The position numbers were made by a program, and so were the translations under genes. Below are positions 13,923 through 26,476 of a stretch of DNA of 64,000 bases, in pieces; within the stretch, counting starts at the first letter, position 1, and each line of letters starts with the position of its first letter. The notes below the pieces were generated by a model that did no database searches, was not told the DNA's origin, and worked only from the letters and a program-made list of their open reading frames with translations. Source of the stretch: Eledone cirrhosa (taxonomy: Eukaryota); contig OZ024747.1 of NCBI GenBank assembly GCA_964016885.1, positions 78,306,001 to 78,370,000 on the forward strand, written 5' to 3'.

Positions 13923-14425
13923 ATGGATTGGCAGTATCGGTAGAGAATCGGACACCATGCTTTGCAGCATAGAGTTACGGCCCTTTACCGTCTGAGCTCA
14001 AATCCCGCCGAAGTTAACTTTGCCTTTCATCCTTACGGGGTCGATAAAATAAAGTACTAATAACGTACTGAGTCGATTTAATCGACTTTCCCCTCCTCCC
14101 AAATGCCTGGTCTTGTGCCTATACTAGAAATCATTATTGGCAGTATCGGTAGAGGGTCGGACGTTATGCTTTCCAGCATAGTTATGTCCCTTTACGATCT
14201 GAGTTCAAATCCCGCCGAGGTTGACTTTGCCTTTCATCCTTACGGGGTCGATGAAATAAAGTACCAGTAACGCACTGGGTAATTGCTGGCCTTGTGCCTA
14301 AAGTAGAAACAATTATTTTAATGAAGTGATTAACTTTGCCTTTCATCCTTCCGGGGTCGATAGAATAAAGTACCAGTAATGCATTGGGTAATTGCTGATC
14401 TTGTGCCAAAAGTAGAAACAATTAT
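13923..14425 (+). mobile_element. Tandem Nin/Deu-domain SINE copies (2 full plus 1 partial)
   Basis: Same A/B boxes and core as the 18.9-kb cluster. Confidence 0.85.
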
Positions 14426-14717
14426 TTAAATGAAGTGATACAGAGATAAACTGTATTCCGCACTAGGAATATTCTGTTTAGTTTCCATATGATATCTTAA
14501 TACGTTAACTACTTTCAGAAACAATCGCGAATATCACCAATTTTTATTTCACTCAAAACAAATCTAGATCGATACAGGAGTCGAGGTAATGAAACTGTTA
14601 ATTGCTAGTTTATGCTGTGTGGCTTTTATTGCAGTTAATTACAACAAAAGGAAAACTAAACATGTTATTCATAGATATATGTAAGCAAAGATATATATAT
14701 ATATATATATTTATTTA

Positions 14718-15172
14718 TACAGGATGTCCCAAAAATGTATATACACTTCAACAGCATTCAAATACATAAATGTGTATACATTTTTGGGGGACATCCTATA
14801 TTTACACACACACGATATAGTCAGTTTACAAGTACACAGCTTATAAGTACATATATCTCTGTAAGAGACTGTCAGCGTGTGTAACAGGCATTTATAAAAA
14901 TACAAACAGTTGATAAATCGTTGAACAGAGAAGGAATATGTGTATGGATATGTATACACATACACACATCCATATAGGTGTGTGTGGTGTGTGTGTGTGT
15001 CAATCGAAACGGTTTATGCTCGGTCCGCAATAGATTCTAAAATAATCTCTCTATATATAAATATATATATACACGGCATCCCAGAAAAGGTATACACACT
15101 TCAACAGCATTCTAATAAATATTGCCTGTACAGGTAATCAAAGTGTGTATACATTTTTGAGGACACCCTGTA
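14718..15172. mobile_element. Two tiny Tc1/mariner-type MITEs (14718-14800 and 15072-15172)
   Basis: TA-CAGGATGTCCCAAAAATGTATA...TATACATTTTTGGGGGACATCCT-ATA; a remnant also lies at 21341-21391. Confidence 0.7.
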
Positions 15173-15982
15173 GATATATATATATATAAAATTGTCAGAA
15201 TATACATAATTGTCAGTATCGCTTATCTAAGTAAATTTCTCCCTTTTGGGGTGTAAACTATTATTTGAGACAAGTTTATACCCAAGAAACGTTTAAATAT
15301 CTAATTTAATAAATGTGTGGATGGTGTATTTATTACAAAAGTTACCGTCAATTAGTCAAAAAAGTAGAATTTTTAAACATCATTTGTCATAGCCGGCATA
15401 GAAAAACATATTTCTAACTTATAAACTTCCTTGTATTCACGGAGCTGTTTTACAAAACTGGTTTTAAAACATGTTTTTCATTACAAACTTATGAGTTTGC
15501 TGATTTTATAAATATATAAGTCATTTTTATTCACAGTTGTATAAAAATATAATATAATTGTTTCTACTTTTGGCACAAGGCCTGCAATTACTCAGTACAT
15601 TACTGGTACTTTATTTTATCGACCCCGTAAGGATGAAAGGCAAAGTTGACGTCGGCGGGATTTGTATAAAAATATAATATAATGCTTACAGAACGAAAAC
15701 ACAAACACGTATAATATATATAAATATAAACGCAAAAAGAGAGATTAAAAAAAAAGAAAAACTACTTTTAATAAAAAGTTTTCTTGTGAAACATTTTAGG
15801 GACACAATTATTATTAAAGAAGGGAAACTTTTCATGAATAAAAAATAGCAACTGTTGAAATATTAGAATGTTTAGAAACTAGAAATATTAAAGTTTTCTG
15901 GACTTTAAGCGTGAGTAGATTAGGGTCTCGCAGCCTCCACTCCCACAAAAATTTTAAGCCTGATAATAAAGATTATATTTAC

Positions 15983-16153
15983 CTGTTCTTTTGCGTATTG
16001 GAACCATGTGTCTAAGATTATCTTCAGTCGACTTTCGTGGAATTTTTCCGTTGTTTTGACGCTAATGAAAATATCGTTCAATGTTGTGGGTCTGGTGTTT
16101 AAATTAAATCGAAGTGCCGAAACCTGAGATGAGCCTATTCTAGCTACACTTGA

Positions 16154-16184
<31 letters not shown>

Positions 16185-16942
16185 AATGATAATGATGATG
16201 ATGATTGTAATCTTTTCAACAGCGAAATGGGTTTACTCGGTTGTCCAGGGTTTGGCACTTTCAGGAGTGTTTTTAAACTTTTGGGGTATAACTTCTCTTT
16301 GAATACATTTCGATTATCGATTTTAGATTTCTCACCGCTACTATCAGATTTAGGGCTTTCAACTTTCTGGTGCTGAACAGCTTCTAAATTAGTTTTTTGA
16401 CTGGGATGGTTCCCAGACAAAATAGCAACAAGTGGCGATTCAATATAAATCACATTGGTATCTCGACGTTTTCTTTTCGCTTGAAGATCTAAAAGGGAGC
16501 GAGTATCTCCGGAATCAACAGGTTGATTAAACCTCCAAAAGTTTTTAACTTGTACTTGGTCCCCTCCTTTGATGCTATTTTCTACATTATCAATTTCCAA
16601 GAGTCGGCCGGCCACAATAATAACATTCTCTCGTAAAACATGTTCGCTGTTTGGCTGTACATCATAATCAACCAAAATCTTCTTTCCGATATTATTCGAT
16701 GGTGATTTTTTAAATTTATGGTCAATAAGCAACAGGTCTTGTTTTTGTGGATTCTTTGGCCATTTCGGCATAAAATAATCAAAGTATACGAAATTCAAGA
16801 AAAGAAAACAAACAACATAAATTGTTGTTTGTACCGATCTTAGCAAGGTGATGCGCATGGCCACCGTCTTTTCGGTCTCTCGCCAACCTGCATTTGAAGA
16901 GGAATCACAAAATTGATGAAAGTAACAACACAGCCGAGACAT
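15983..16942 (-). CDS. fng: First coding exon of a fringe O-fucose beta-1,3-N-acetylglucosaminyltransferase (Notch modifier); remaining exons not found in window
   Basis: The ORF ends in TTLNDIFISVKTTEKFHESRLKIILDTWFQYAKEQ, matching the start of the fringe catalytic domain (DIFISVKTT..H..RL....TW). It is followed by a phase-0 donor CAG|GTAAAT at 15983/15982, the position where vertebrate Lfng exon 1 ends. A hydrophobic signal-anchor (IYVVCFLFLNFVYFDYF) follows a GCCATG start at 16858; an alternative ATG lies at 16942. Confidence 0.9.
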
Positions 16943-17159
16943 ATAAGCAGATAAAATGTGCGGTGGCGTGTATATGTGTGTATATATTAAGTTGAAGGTG
17001 TGGAATAATTACTAAATGTGTAGAGTTTTGTTGTCAAAACATAGCAGGAAATAGAAAGAAAAAAAATTCTTTCTTCCCTCTCTCTCCCTCTCTGTTTCTC
17101 ATCAATATAGAGGCAGATAATTTCTAGTTCCCCCCTCTCCACAAATGTATCGTATAACT

Positions 17160-17430
17160 TATAAGGAAACCATGGGAAAATGACCAGTCAATATAACCTC
17201 AACCAACCAGAGGAGGTCACGGGTCAAAGTTTACAGCGCATGCTCACTGCGATCGAGCACGTTGTTGTCAGCGAATTATAAATGTTTACATTAATTTCAA
17301 CTGAATGTTTTTTCAGCTTTTTCCTACACGACGACTACATGTTAAATATATGAATATTTAGCGGCGTATATCATATTAACTACATGAATGTTGTCTCTAT
17401 GGTTATCTATAATAAATGTGGGAATTTTTA
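17160..17430. promoter_or_regulatory. Putative fringe proximal regulatory region
   Basis: Non-repetitive stretch upstream of the exon with several CpGs. Contains AGGTCA-C-GGGTCA-A-AGTTTA (17214-17233, nuclear-receptor DR1-like), GCGCATGCTC (17236-17245, NRF1-like) and CSL/Su(H)-type CATGGGAA (17171) and TGTGGGAA (17417). Motif matches only. Confidence 0.35.
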
Positions 17431-17459
17431 AGGGTGGAGTTCTCTCCAACTAACTGACA

Positions 17460-17575
17460 CACTCTCTCTCTCCCCCTCTCTCTCTGTTTCTCTCTCCCTC
17501 TCTCTCTATTTACATACATAAACACATCCTTTTCAGCTGACTACTTTTTTCTTTGCCAATTAGTTCTCTCTCATC

Positions 17576-17610
<35 letters not shown>

Positions 17611-18240
17611 TCTCTCTCTTTCTATCTATCTCTCTCACACACACACACTCTCTATCTCTCTCGCACACACAATCTCTCTCTCTCTCATTCTCTCTCTTCC
17701 GTCTTTATGTTATTTCCTGTTTTAATTGTTTCGCCTAATCTCTCTCTCCTTGTCCCCCTCTTTCTCCTTGTCTCCCTTCTCTCTCCTTTCCCTCCCTCTC
17801 TCTCTCCTTGTCCTCCTCTCTCTCCCTCTCTCCCTCTCTGTCTCTTTCTTTCACTCGTTCACACGCACTTTCTTCTCCCCTTCAATATTCTTCAAATTTA
17901 TCTGTTTTTCTTCTCTCTTTCCTCCCATCTCCCTCTTGCTACTTCTTTCCTTCTTCTTCCTCTATCATTTTTAAAACTTTTACTACCTCCCCCTCCCTAT
18001 CTCTCCTTGACTATACTACTTTCTCTCTCTCTCTCTCTCTGCCTGACATTCTCTAACAGTCTGCTCTCTCTCTTTCTCTCTCTCTGCCTGACATTCTATA
18101 ACAGTTTGCTCTCTCCCCCCTCTTTCTCTTCAGCCTCTCTCCCTCTCTCTCTGTCTGACATACTCTAACAATTTGCTCTCTCTCTCTCTCTCCCCTCTAT
18201 CTCCCCTTTCTCTCTCTCCTCTCCCCCTCTCTCTCCCTCT
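17460..18240. repeat. CT-rich polypyrimidine low-complexity tract
   Basis: Degenerate (CT)n. Confidence 0.9.
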
Positions 18241-18852
18241 TGACAGTACTCAACAAACGAAAGAGAGGAGCAAATCTTCTTTCTCAAGGGAAAGATACCA
18301 GGAAATATCTTTAGCTTTAATTAATATCGTTTTATTTATATCAATTGTTTTTCCCTTCTTTTATCTTTATTTACATAATAATATGTAAATAAAGTTAACT
18401 TTGCCTTTCATCCTTACGGGGTCGATAAAATAAAGTACCAGTAATGCACTGAGGTAATTGCTGGCCTTGTGCCAAAAGTAGAAACAATTAATTAAAGCTA
18501 AAGATATTTCCTGGTATCTTTTATTATTATTCATAAGGCAATCTATTTCATGTTAACAGATCGAAATTGTTTGATAACAGAATGTTGTGTGAAAGTTATT
18601 TCTCTCGTCAGCAGATCGAAGCAGTGAAAGATATTGCCACTTCTGCTACGGACCATTTATTAACAACGAGAAGTAAAGAAATACATTGAGTTATAAGCTG
18701 AAATGTCTTCTGGAGATTTAAGAATTACCATGCTTTTCTTCCGTGTGGGAACCAGTTTCTAGTTACTTCAGCAAATAATTAATATCGGCGGGATTTTTGA
18801 ATTGCCACCCGCTTCTTTTGACTTTCTTTTCCAATTCCATGTTGATAATTAA

Positions 18853-19935
18853 TAATTGTTTCTACTTTAGGCACAAGGCCAGCAATTACTCAGTACATTA
18901 CTGGTACTTTATTTTATCGACCCCGTAAGGATGAAAGGCAAAGTCAACCTCGGCGGGATTTGAACTCAGATCGTAAAGGGACGTAACTATGCTGGAAAGC
19001 ATGGCGTCCGACTCTCTACCGATACTGCCAATCCACCGCCCTTTGATAATTAATAATGGTTTCTTATATAGGCACAAGGCTAACAATTTTTTGGGAAAGG
19101 GAAAGTCGATACTTTATTTTATCGACCCCGTAAGGATGAAAGGTAAAACTAACCTCGACGAGATTTGAACTCAGAACGTAAAGGGCCGTGACTCTATGTC
19201 GCTACGCATGTCCGGCGCTCTACCGATTCTGCCAATCATGAATAATTGTTTCTACTTTAGGCACAAGGCCAGCAATTACCCAGTACTTTATTTTATCGAC
19301 CCCGTAAGGATGAAAGGCAAAGTCAACCTCGGCGGGATTTGAACTCAGATCGTTAAGGGACGTAACTATGGCGTCCGACCCTCTACCGATACTGCCAATC
19401 CACCGCCTTTCATGAATAATTGTTTCTACTTTAGGCACAAGGCCAGCAATTACTCAGTGCATTATTGGTACTTTATTTTATCGACCCCGTAAGGATGAAA
19501 GGCAAAGTCAACCTCGGCGGGATTTGAACTCAGATCGTAAAGGGACGTAACTATGCTGGAAAGTATGGCGTCCGGCCCTCTACCGATACTGCCCTCTGCC
19601 GGGATTTGAACTCATTAATAATTGTTTCTACTTTAGGCACAAGGCCAGCAATTACCCAGTACATTACTGGTACTTTATTTTATCGACCCCGTAAGGATGA
19701 AAGGCAAAGTCAACCTCGGCGAGATTTGAACTCGGATCGTAAAGGGACGTAACTATGCTGGAAAGCATGGCGTCCGACCCTCTACCGATACTGCCAATTC
19801 AACGCCTCATTAATAATTGTTTCTACATTTGGCACAAGGCCAGCAAATACCCAGTACATTACTGGTACTTTATTTTATCGACCCCGTAAGGATGAAAGGC
19901 AAAGTTAACCTCGGCGGGATTTGAACTCAGATCCT
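18853..19935 (-). mobile_element. Head-to-tail cluster of ~6-7 Nin/Deu-domain tRNA-derived SINEs
   Basis: A box TGGCAGTATCGG, B box GAGTTCAAATCC, core GCCTTTCATCCTTACGGGGTCGATAAAATAAAGTACCAG and tail GGCCTTGTGCCTAAAGTAGAAACAATTATT. Confidence 0.85.
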
Positions 19936-20203
19936 AAAGCAACGCCTCATTAATAATGTCAGCAAGACAGTATCATTTCTACAATTATGAATTGTGAAAA
20001 AAAAAAAAAAATTAAATTATATATTTTTAAATTCAAATCACAGAGAATTAACCAAATGCCACTATATATTTTGTGCGATGCTCTACAGGTTCTCTTACTG
20101 CTCTCACGGCGACTCCTACTACTGGATTAGTACTTAACCAAAAGTCTAAGAAGGTGAAATATATACTTGCAAATCATTTTATCCGACGTTATATCGATTC
20201 TTA

Positions 20204-20388
20204 GAGCGGTGGATTGGCAGTATCGGTGGAGTGTCGGACGCCATGCTTTCTAGCATAGTTACGTCCCTTTACGATCTGAGTTCAAATCCCGCCGAGGTTG
20301 ACTTTGCCTTTCATCCTTACGGGGTCGATAAAATAAAGTACCAGTAATGCACTGGGTAATTGCTGGCCTTGTGCCAAAAGTAGAAACA
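20204..20388 (+). mobile_element. Nin/Deu-domain SINE with 14-bp TSD
   Basis: Flanked by GTTATATCGATTCT on both sides. Confidence 0.85.
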
Positions 20389-20742
20389 GTTATATCGATT
20401 CTACCAACTACAGTTTACTTATATTTTATAGAAAAATACTAACAGTAACTTATTTAAACCAATGTTGTATCTATGACTTTAAAACAAGTGTTCAAATCTC
20501 ACTAGAAGTAGTTTTATCTTTCATCGTTCGGGGGTTGATAAGTACCAGTCATATGTGTTGAAATAATCCATTCTATCCTGGGCCGGACTTTCAGCTATAT
20601 GAAATTTGTTAAAACAATCTAAATAATTATACATAATTATTATTTTTTATATCAATGCCAATGATAAAGAATAAATAACATACATACATATATGTATATA
20701 TATCTTTGTTTTATCTTTGTTTTATTTTCATAATGTATGCTC

Positions 20743-20764
20743 TTGGCCAAGCCGGTATGAATTT

Positions 20765-20800
<36 letters not shown>

Positions 20801-21195
20801 GCGACTTCACAGAACTTATGTTTACCGAATTCGCAGACCAGACCCCTTCTTCCTCCCGTTAGACCTGTGCGAAATTCCTTCCTTGCTCACATTTCAACCA
20901 GGTTTGATGGTCTTTATTCTCTCGTTCACGATTTCACCGAATTTATATTCATAGAAATCTGGGACTTGTCTCTTTCTTCATCACTTTCTGTTGCTTAAAC
21001 CATTTTGTTTGTTTACCCTAGCGTCCCCTTTATTTACGTGTCCCAACGACTTTTTTTTTGCCGTTGCTCGCACCAACCTGAGGTATATGGTATTTAAAGC
21101 GATGAAATGCCTATGACGGTTGGAAGGCCACTGATGAAGGACAAACTTTTTCATATGTAACCCATTTGCAACGCCGCTGCTCCATTATTATCATA
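20743..21195. mobile_element. Second copy of the 52.9-kb element family
   Basis: High identity to 52921-53352 in inverted orientation; ends at a (TA)n tract. Confidence 0.65.
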
Positions 21196-21198
21196 TTT

Positions 21199-21318
<120 letters not shown>

Positions 21319-21386
21319 TACACGAAAGAGTGTTTTAAATTACAGGGTTTAACGCGGATATATATATATACATTTTTGGGGACACC

Positions 21387-21436
<50 letters not shown>

Positions 21437-21469
21437 TTATGATTTAGTGTTAATGAATAAAAAACAATG

Positions 21470-21546
<77 letters not shown>

Positions 21547-22459
21547 TTAGCTTATAAGTAAGTCCATCTCTGATTAAACCTGTTTTTCCTAAACTCGTGG
21601 TTTTGTACGTGTTTAATTACAAACAAAATTATGATTAAAAAATGGTTTGTACACGTACATACACATATGTATACAGACGTACAGTAGTATGTATATATAT
21701 ATACATACATGCACACATATATATATGTACGTATGGATTCACCGAACATTTATTATAATGCTCGGTGTGTTTGTATACAAACATCCCGTATTAAGCCGTA
21801 GTGTCCAGCAACCATCGTTGCTCGTTTGTTCAACACTGACAAAGGAACGCTGTACTAGTTTCAAGCTTATTAGCTATCGTCAGCAACGTATACCTTCCTG
21901 CCAGATTGTTGAACGTATATACTTACCTTATGCATATTAACGGCTAAAACTAAAGGAAGGGCTTGTTTTGTGTATAAAATAACCTTGTTTGTAATGACTT
22001 GATGTCTCATATGTCTCATCGGCAAACATTTATTTTTTCGACGGAGGGTTGTGAACTAGACTGCTCATTTTTCCTTACATAAAGCTAATTTATTTTAATA
22101 GTTGAGCAATATTTAATATATATAATGCAATGAACATAAAAAAATCTGATAGATTTTTTTTTTAATTTGCGAATGTGTATTTTAATACAACCAGTATTAT
22201 TGCTATATAGTAGACAAAACTAAAACTACTCAGAGTATTGCCCCTTGAATTTTTGTACTATATTATGTAGAACAAGTGTGTGTGTGAAGGCCCGTGTGGC
22301 TTAGTGGTTAGTGCGTCAGATCCAAAATTGCTAGGTTGTGAGTTCGATGCGTTGTGTCCTTGAGCAAGACACTTTTGTTCCAGTTTACTCGGCTATAGAA
22401 ATGAGTTGCCAAAGGGGTTCTTTATCTCTTACCCTTATCCAATAAAGAAATCTCAACCC

Positions 22460-22700
22460 CTCTCTCTCATTTTGATCTCTGTGTTTAGAAGAATTATGGG
22501 CCTAAAATCATCAATATGATGTCCCTTGCTCTGGTTCTTTCTCAGCAGTGGCATCGCTACTCGGCTCACAGAATTGGGAATTCCGAAGAGTTCGCCGAGC
22601 AAATGGCGTGTAAACGTAAAGCTGGTAGGACAGTCCATCAAAATCTGGTGATTTGTCACTATTGCAGTTTGTCATTACCTCCCGTTTTTCAACGGCTGTT
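22460..22700 (-). mobile_element. Decayed Tx1 ORF2 fragment
   Basis: KSPDFDGLSYQLY and HHIDDFRPIILLNTEIK are homologous to 40370-40590. Confidence 0.75.
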
Positions 22701-22849
22701 GTCGGCTTTTTATAACCCTCCGATAACAACTGTTCAGCAAGCTACACAATTTGTGGGAATTGTGTAGTAACCTTTAATTGGTTTGGTATGGACTAATATT
22801 TATTTTATAAATCCCAGAAGAATAAAATGTTAAGTTAACTAAAGAGAGG

Positions 22850-22900
<51 letters not shown>

Positions 22901-22902
<2 letters not shown>

Positions 22903-24910
22903 TTTCTTTATTAACCACAAGGGTTTACATAAAGTAGACATTAAGGACAGTGCAGGACAATGCAGGACGGTACAAATGGGCATTTCTGCGTGTAAAAAAA
23001 ACAAAAACAGAGGATGTAACAAAAATAACAATGAAAATAACAATGAAAAATTCCCCAATAGGGGGGAGACTTCGGAGGGACATTTGTGGAGAAAGCCCAG
23101 TAAAAAGCCACAATGACCCTGACCACCAAGGCAAGTGCCCTCTCCCAGTTTTCCACCTTTAATTTACAGATATATACTCAGAGTAGGCCCATTCACTCGG
23201 GCCATTCTTGCTTCTCTCACCCATCTTTCAACAAAATGCTGGGAAGAGAGCACTTCCCTCTCTACTCTGATTTTCCTTTTCAAATGAAATTTGAAAAAGT
23301 CAATCAGAGCATCACCGAAGAGGTAAGTGCTCGTCTTCAGCCCTTTCAAACGTGTCCACCATACTATCTCTTTCACCATGGCCACCAGGCAGATAAAAAC
23401 TGCCTGCCCTTCCCGGCTAAAGGAGGAGGGCGGGGCAATCCTCACGATGGACTCAGATGATAGCCGGATCCGTCCTAAACGCGACAGCAGGTGTTCGACA
23501 TAAACCCACAAGTCAGCAATTTTCGGACACTGGACGAGTGCGTGCAGGACGGTTTCGTCGCCCTGCGCGCATCTCGGACATGCCCGGCTGACGGCACCTC
23601 CATGCCTGTAGAGTTTATCCCGAACTGGCAAGGCTCCTCGGTAGCACTGCCAGGCCAGAGATTTCTGGAAGTTGTCCATAGGCCCTGGCCCGAAAGTTCT
23701 TCCGAAGAGATTGGCTAGTTGATTTTCGTCGATGCCTAGAGTTTCCCCAAGTACGTCGTCGCTCTTCCCCTCCACTAATCCTCTATAGAACGCCGAGGTG
23801 GAGTTTCCACCGATCACATTGCCCGATTGGTCGAGGGCTGTGAGCGCCTGAAGACATTCCAGTCTCCAGGCGCTCCCTCTCGGTCTTCGCTTGACCCAGG
23901 ACTGCAGCTCCGTCAAGGAAACGAGCTGGGGAAATACGTGTCTAGCAAACGGCGACCACACCTGATCACCGTCGAGGAAGAGGTGGAGATGTCGTAGCCT
24001 GAGCGCGTGCCTGCGCATCATCAGCCACGGCATGCCCAGCCCCCACGTAGCGGGTGTTGACAACAGATGGACCGCCTGACCATCGGAGTGCGTCCCTTCC
24101 ACAAAAAGCGAAAGAGCAAACGCTCCAGTGCAGTCAGGCGAGGCTTAGGACAAGGTACGACGGTCAGGCGGTAGCAGATGACAGACGCGATGTACGCGTT
24201 AGCCACCTCCGCTCGACCTTTCAGGGATAGCTCCCTCTCCGCCCATTTCTGGGTGAGAGAAGCCACCCTGCTCGTCACCTCGTCCCAGTTTTTGTCCGTC
24301 TGGAGGTCCGGACCGAACCAGACCCCTAGCAATTTAACCGGTCCGTCCGTCCAGCGTCCGACGACGCTGTTGGACGGCATGGACCTGCCTCTCCAGGTGC
24401 CGAGCTGCAGGCCCACTGACTTTTCCTGGTTGATCATTGCTCCTGTCACCGCTTCGTATTCTCTTAGTGTAGTGCCGATCGCCTCGATGTGTTTGGCGTT
24501 CGACACCACTACGGTGACATCGTCCGCATATGCTGACACGGATCTTCCGCATCCTAGTTCGCGCGGGACGCCCCTCAACGTCTCCAGTTTGTGCAGTAAT
24601 GGCTCGAGAGTCAATACGTACAAGAGGGACGAGAGGGGACATCCTTGGCGGACCGAGCGCATGATGTTGAACGGTTCCGACAGGTGACCGTTCACTCTCA
24701 CCACAGAGCAGATGTCGCTGTGCATGGCAGCGATCCAGCCTCTGAAGACGGGCCCAAAGCCAGCCGCCCTCAGGACTGCCGCTAGGTAACGATGGTCGAC
24801 CCTATCGAAAGCTTTCGACTGATCTAAATTGATCAAGGACCCACCCGCGCCAGGTTCCTTAGCTACCCTCTCTACGATGTATCGCATGAGGTGGAGGTTG
24901 TCGTGGATGG
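22901..24910 (-). mobile_element. 5'-truncated Tx1-clade LINE (RT to 3' end)
   Basis: LDQSKAFDRV, RQGCPLS, AYADD and CPRCAQGDETVLHALVQCP with one frameshift near 24040; 3' end AATAAAGAAATC; (AAT)n on both sides. Confidence 0.92.
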
Positions 24911-24911
24911 A

Positions 24912-25492
24912 ATAATAATAATAATAATGAAATTATTGTGTACAGTGCTCAGGTGTACTACGACTCATCAAAGGTGCATGTATAGTACATAGAATAATAT
25001 ACAAATGTCAAGGAAGTGAATAGTGTATGAGTCATGATATACATGTGTGCGTGTGTATAGAGGGGGAATATTAGGTGTAGTGTTGGCGAATCTCAGGAAG
25101 CATGGCGGTTTTAAAGGATGCAGTGTCTCGGCAGCTAACAACTGATGCAGGTAGTTTGTTCCATGGAGGTTTTAAAGGATGCAGTGTCTCGACAGCTAAC
25201 AACTGATGCAGGTAGTTTGTTCCAAGGAGGTTTTAAAGGATGCAGTGTCTCGACAGCTAACAACTGATGCAGGTGGTTTGTTCCATGGAGGTTTTAAGAG
25301 ATGCAGTGTCTCGACAGCTAACAACTGATGCAGGTGGTTTGTTCCATGGAGGTTTTAAGAGATGCAGTGTCTCGACAGCTAACAACTGATGCAGGGAGTT
25401 TGTTCCATGGAGGTTTTAAAGGATGCAGTGTCTCGAGAGCTAACAACTGATGCAGGTAGTTTATTCCATGCTTCAGCAACTCTGAGCGTCGT
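24912..25492 (-). mobile_element. 3' end of a CR1/L2-type LINE with (ATT)n tail and internal 61-bp tandem amplification
   Basis: Minus strand reads TLRVAEAWNKLPASVVS.RDTASFK..., a WNxLP C-terminal motif, then a 3'UTR ending CACTGTACACAATAATTTC(ATT)n. Confidence 0.7.
25101..25470. repeat. 61-bp minisatellite, 6 units
   Basis: Unit starts CATGGAGGTTTTAAAGGATGCAGTGTCTCG at 25101, 25162, 25223 and onward. Confidence 0.95.
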
Positions 25493-26227
25493 ATTTAGCC
25501 TGACACTCTACACTTCTTGTCATTCAATACCGTGATGTTGACTTCTTATATAGGCACAGGGCCTCTCCAGTATTTAGATGAAACTTTATTCTATCGACCC
25601 TAGATGTATGTGAGCAAAAGTTGACCTGAAACAATAAGAATTTGTAACTGAAAACCGAAAGTCTTTACCGTTGTTATCAATCGACCGTCCACGTTCAGCA
25701 GTTTAATATCGATGTCTATCATTAGTACAATACTTTACATATGAAATTGATACAGGGTTTCACCAGTTCTCTATTTTACTGACATCCTCACCATCCCTAG
25801 AAGGATAAAACAAACAATGTTGATGTTGGAGAGATTTTAATTCAGAACACAATAGAGATGCAACCAACACTACAAGGTATTTCCCCCAGATACTCTAATG
25901 ATGGCCCCTATTTTGTTTCATTGACACATATAAGATGTCCATCGTTAAACTTGTGTCCAGTAAGTTTCAATGAAGTCGTTGGATAGATTTTCCGTTCATT
26001 GTTTTAGTTATATACACCATTGTAACATGGTATGTTTTCAGCTGAAATATTTAATAGTCAAACTTGTAGTATAGGTCACTAGTTCATCACACATGAATCT
26101 GTTTCATTGAGTAAGTCACATAACCTTACTAACCCCGACAAAGATTTTATCAACAATATCCATCATCTAACATTATATATGGATGAGTTACCTGGTAAGG
26201 TAAGTAGACCGATCTGCCTCACGCACG

Positions 26228-26341
<114 letters not shown>

Positions 26342-26476
26342 AAGACACACAGACACACTTAAAGCGGTTTGATCCTTACACAAACCTTTTATTATAATCA
26401 AGATTTCATGTAAGAATTAAAAAAGAACATGATATATAATGGTAAAAAATGGACACGCTTATATGTTCTCATTCCA

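Noticed and set aside
13923-14010. tRNA genes at the A/B-box motifs
   Set aside because: These are SINE heads: no cloverleaf, and they continue into the Nin/Deu core.
1-15980. Fringe exon 2 (expected T(Y/W)FFTD...)
   Set aside because: Not recognised by eye. It probably lies beyond the window, although a short exon could have been missed.
21095-21145. Hammerhead in the 20.7/52.9-kb family (CTGATGA)
   Set aside because: No GAAA at a position that closes stem II; only a partial resemblance.
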